Of a stretch of DNA of 64,000 nucleotides, positions 62,501-64,000 are shown in pieces. Below the pieces are notes generated by a model. It did no database searches. It saw nothing but the letters and a program-made list of their open reading frames with translations, and was not told the DNA's origin. The DNA is taken from contig OZ287697.1 of assembly GCA_965649825.1 (NCBI GenBank), positions 310,001 to 374,000 on the forward strand, read 5' to 3'. Numbering within the stretch: position 1 is the first letter of the stretch; every line of letters begins with the position of its first letter. Origin of the DNA: Penicillus capitatus. Lineage: Eukaryota; Plantae; Chlorophyta. The position numbers and the translations under genes are program-made.

Positions 62501-63424
62501 TATCCCTACCTCCTTCGAAGCAGGGTCGTACTAGTGGAATCTCCGTCGGTTTTGGGACCTAGATAAATCTTATCACGAGCTTCATTGGGCAATGCTATAT
62601 ATACTGTACTGAATGACCGTCAACAAATGAAGGTTCGAAGGACGGATCGACATAGCACCTCGACGGCGTTGTTGTTCTGACGTTGTTTAGGGAATGGATA
62701 TCATAGAAGTGCCGAATTAGAGCAGTAGCGGTGTGCATGCTAACTTACCTGGCTGGACAGCATGACCGATCTACATAACGACGAGTTGCAGAAATCTCGT
62801 TTTGCAGCATCTAGTTCTGCCAATACAGACGATTCTGCTTCTGTTGGTGCAACCAGACGAACAACAGTCTTGTATCAAGGTCCTTGTCAAAGCTTTCGGA
62901 ATTTTCTCAGACGTGGAATTACATGTAAATAGCCGTCTCATGTCTGAGTTGTAAGGACATTAGTGGCAATATCCCATTTCTTACCTTAGACGCGCATGCT
63001 TCAGCAAATAAATAAAGGTTATCATACATACATCGCTTTCTAAACGGGCAATACCTTTGCCAGTCCAATCACGTCACTGCCGCAAAACATCATCATGAAG
63101 GATAAGAATCCTTCTTATATTCAACATATACGATACCAAAAAACGGAAATCTTGTGCTATGTGTGACGGGCCAATTTAGCCGGTCATTATTATTCTCCTG
63201 CCCTCACGTCTCCGGACTTGTCTCTTCGCGCTCTATCCTGTCGACAGAATCGAATGGCGACATGTCGGGCTGTGTCAGAACGCAATCAAATCGTATCAGA
63301 GATTCGCCGGAACAAAAAGAGCTGCTGACTGGATTGATCGGCAAAGGCAGAAATTGAGCATTTAGGAAATGAATATCGATTCAAAAGAAACGCATTTCAT
63401 TAATTCTCTATTTGCAAAATAGAC

Positions 63425-64000
63425 ATGCTGGTTTATCTGCTGAGCTGTTTACTGCTCTTTGTATTGGCTCGTGTGGCCTGGGCGCGTTGGAAATATGACA
63501 TGCACAAGATACCTTCTATGCCCGAATGGCCGCTGGTCGGACACGGACTTCACTTCGTGAACGGAAAGACGAAAAACGAAATTACGAGGGTCAGAGCACG
63601 TTTCTTTAAAGAACTTGGCTATCCCAAGATCATGAAAGCAAGTTATGCATCTTCGACGGGAAAAACGCGATGCGATCCCTGTTCTACAGTTGAATTTGTT
63701 CGGAAAAATCTACCTCGAAATTGTTGATGTTCACACAGCTAAGTCCTTGATTTTAAAGTCTAGCGACATACCAAGGACGGATTTACTTCCGCTTTTTTCG
63801 ATAGTAAGTTCTTTACCCCAGTTTGTTCTCTTCTTGATCTCATTGCATGTAGTTATTAGGAAATGATCTGACGACGAAGGTGATGCTCGTAACCCAGAAC
63901 CTCACCCCCTATGTCAAGAAGATTCGACGCATCTACGCCTCGGCTTTCCTCGGCAGCCATCTCAAGCGCATGGTCCCCAAACTGAACAGCGCCTTGGACA
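63425..64000 (+). CDS. Cytochrome P450 (copy 2), 5' part, runs off the window end
   Basis: Close paralog of copy 1 with the same two intron positions; the upstream about 200 nt (63200-63424 vs 57720-57930) is also duplicated. Confidence 0.88.

Noticed and set aside
62743-62752. ACTTACCTGG resembling the U1 snRNA 5' end
   Set aside because: No U1 stem-loops or Sm site follow. It is equally the reverse complement of a CAG|GTAAGT donor, and I could not build a convincing minus-strand gene around it.
59600-63100. Gene-poor stretch with ORF 62112-62534 as a possible transposon relic
   Set aside because: No transposase, RT or integrase motifs and no terminal repeats recognised; same result for 15700-17600, 39900-41700 and 48600-51000.
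1-64000. TAA/TAG-to-Gln genetic code seen in some ulvophytes
   Set aside because: Syntaxin-5 ends in TAA and eIF2-alpha in TAG at their expected C-termini, and the conserved CDSs have no internal TAA/TAG after splicing.

Overview
Eukaryotic nuclear DNA from a compact genome, inferred to be a chlorophyte green alga. Evidence: about 50% GC, dense genes split by very short spliceosomal introns (about 42-60 nt), a PEPC with the green-algal Ppc1-type N-terminus, and the standard genetic code. The ORF track fragments almost every gene, so the models below were rebuilt by hand from splice sites. Contents: (1) 0-19 kb: four tandem secreted FAD-linked (GULO/ALO-like) oxidases interleaved with two MATH-like membrane proteins, one ending in an MDM2-type RING. 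(2) 18.8-29 kb: a housekeeping block with SDHAF2/SDH5, a secreted KSP/SPEPS-repeat protein, PEPC, a helicase-associated-domain protein and syntaxin-5. (3) 30.8-54.5 kb: an array of nine paralogous genes for small signal-peptide-bearing ankyrin-repeat proteins with a conserved cysteine scaffold, plus a modular Kazal protein. (4) 54.8-64 kb: an Aurora-like kinase, eIF2-alpha and two tandem P450s, the first frameshifted by a 14-nt duplication. The most striking element is the secreted, apparently disulfide-stapled ankyrin array, in which Cys residues are gained and lost in pairs and the hairpin loops are variable. No tRNA, rRNA, CRISPR array or recognisable mobile element was found. No database searches were run; family assignments come from motif recognition.
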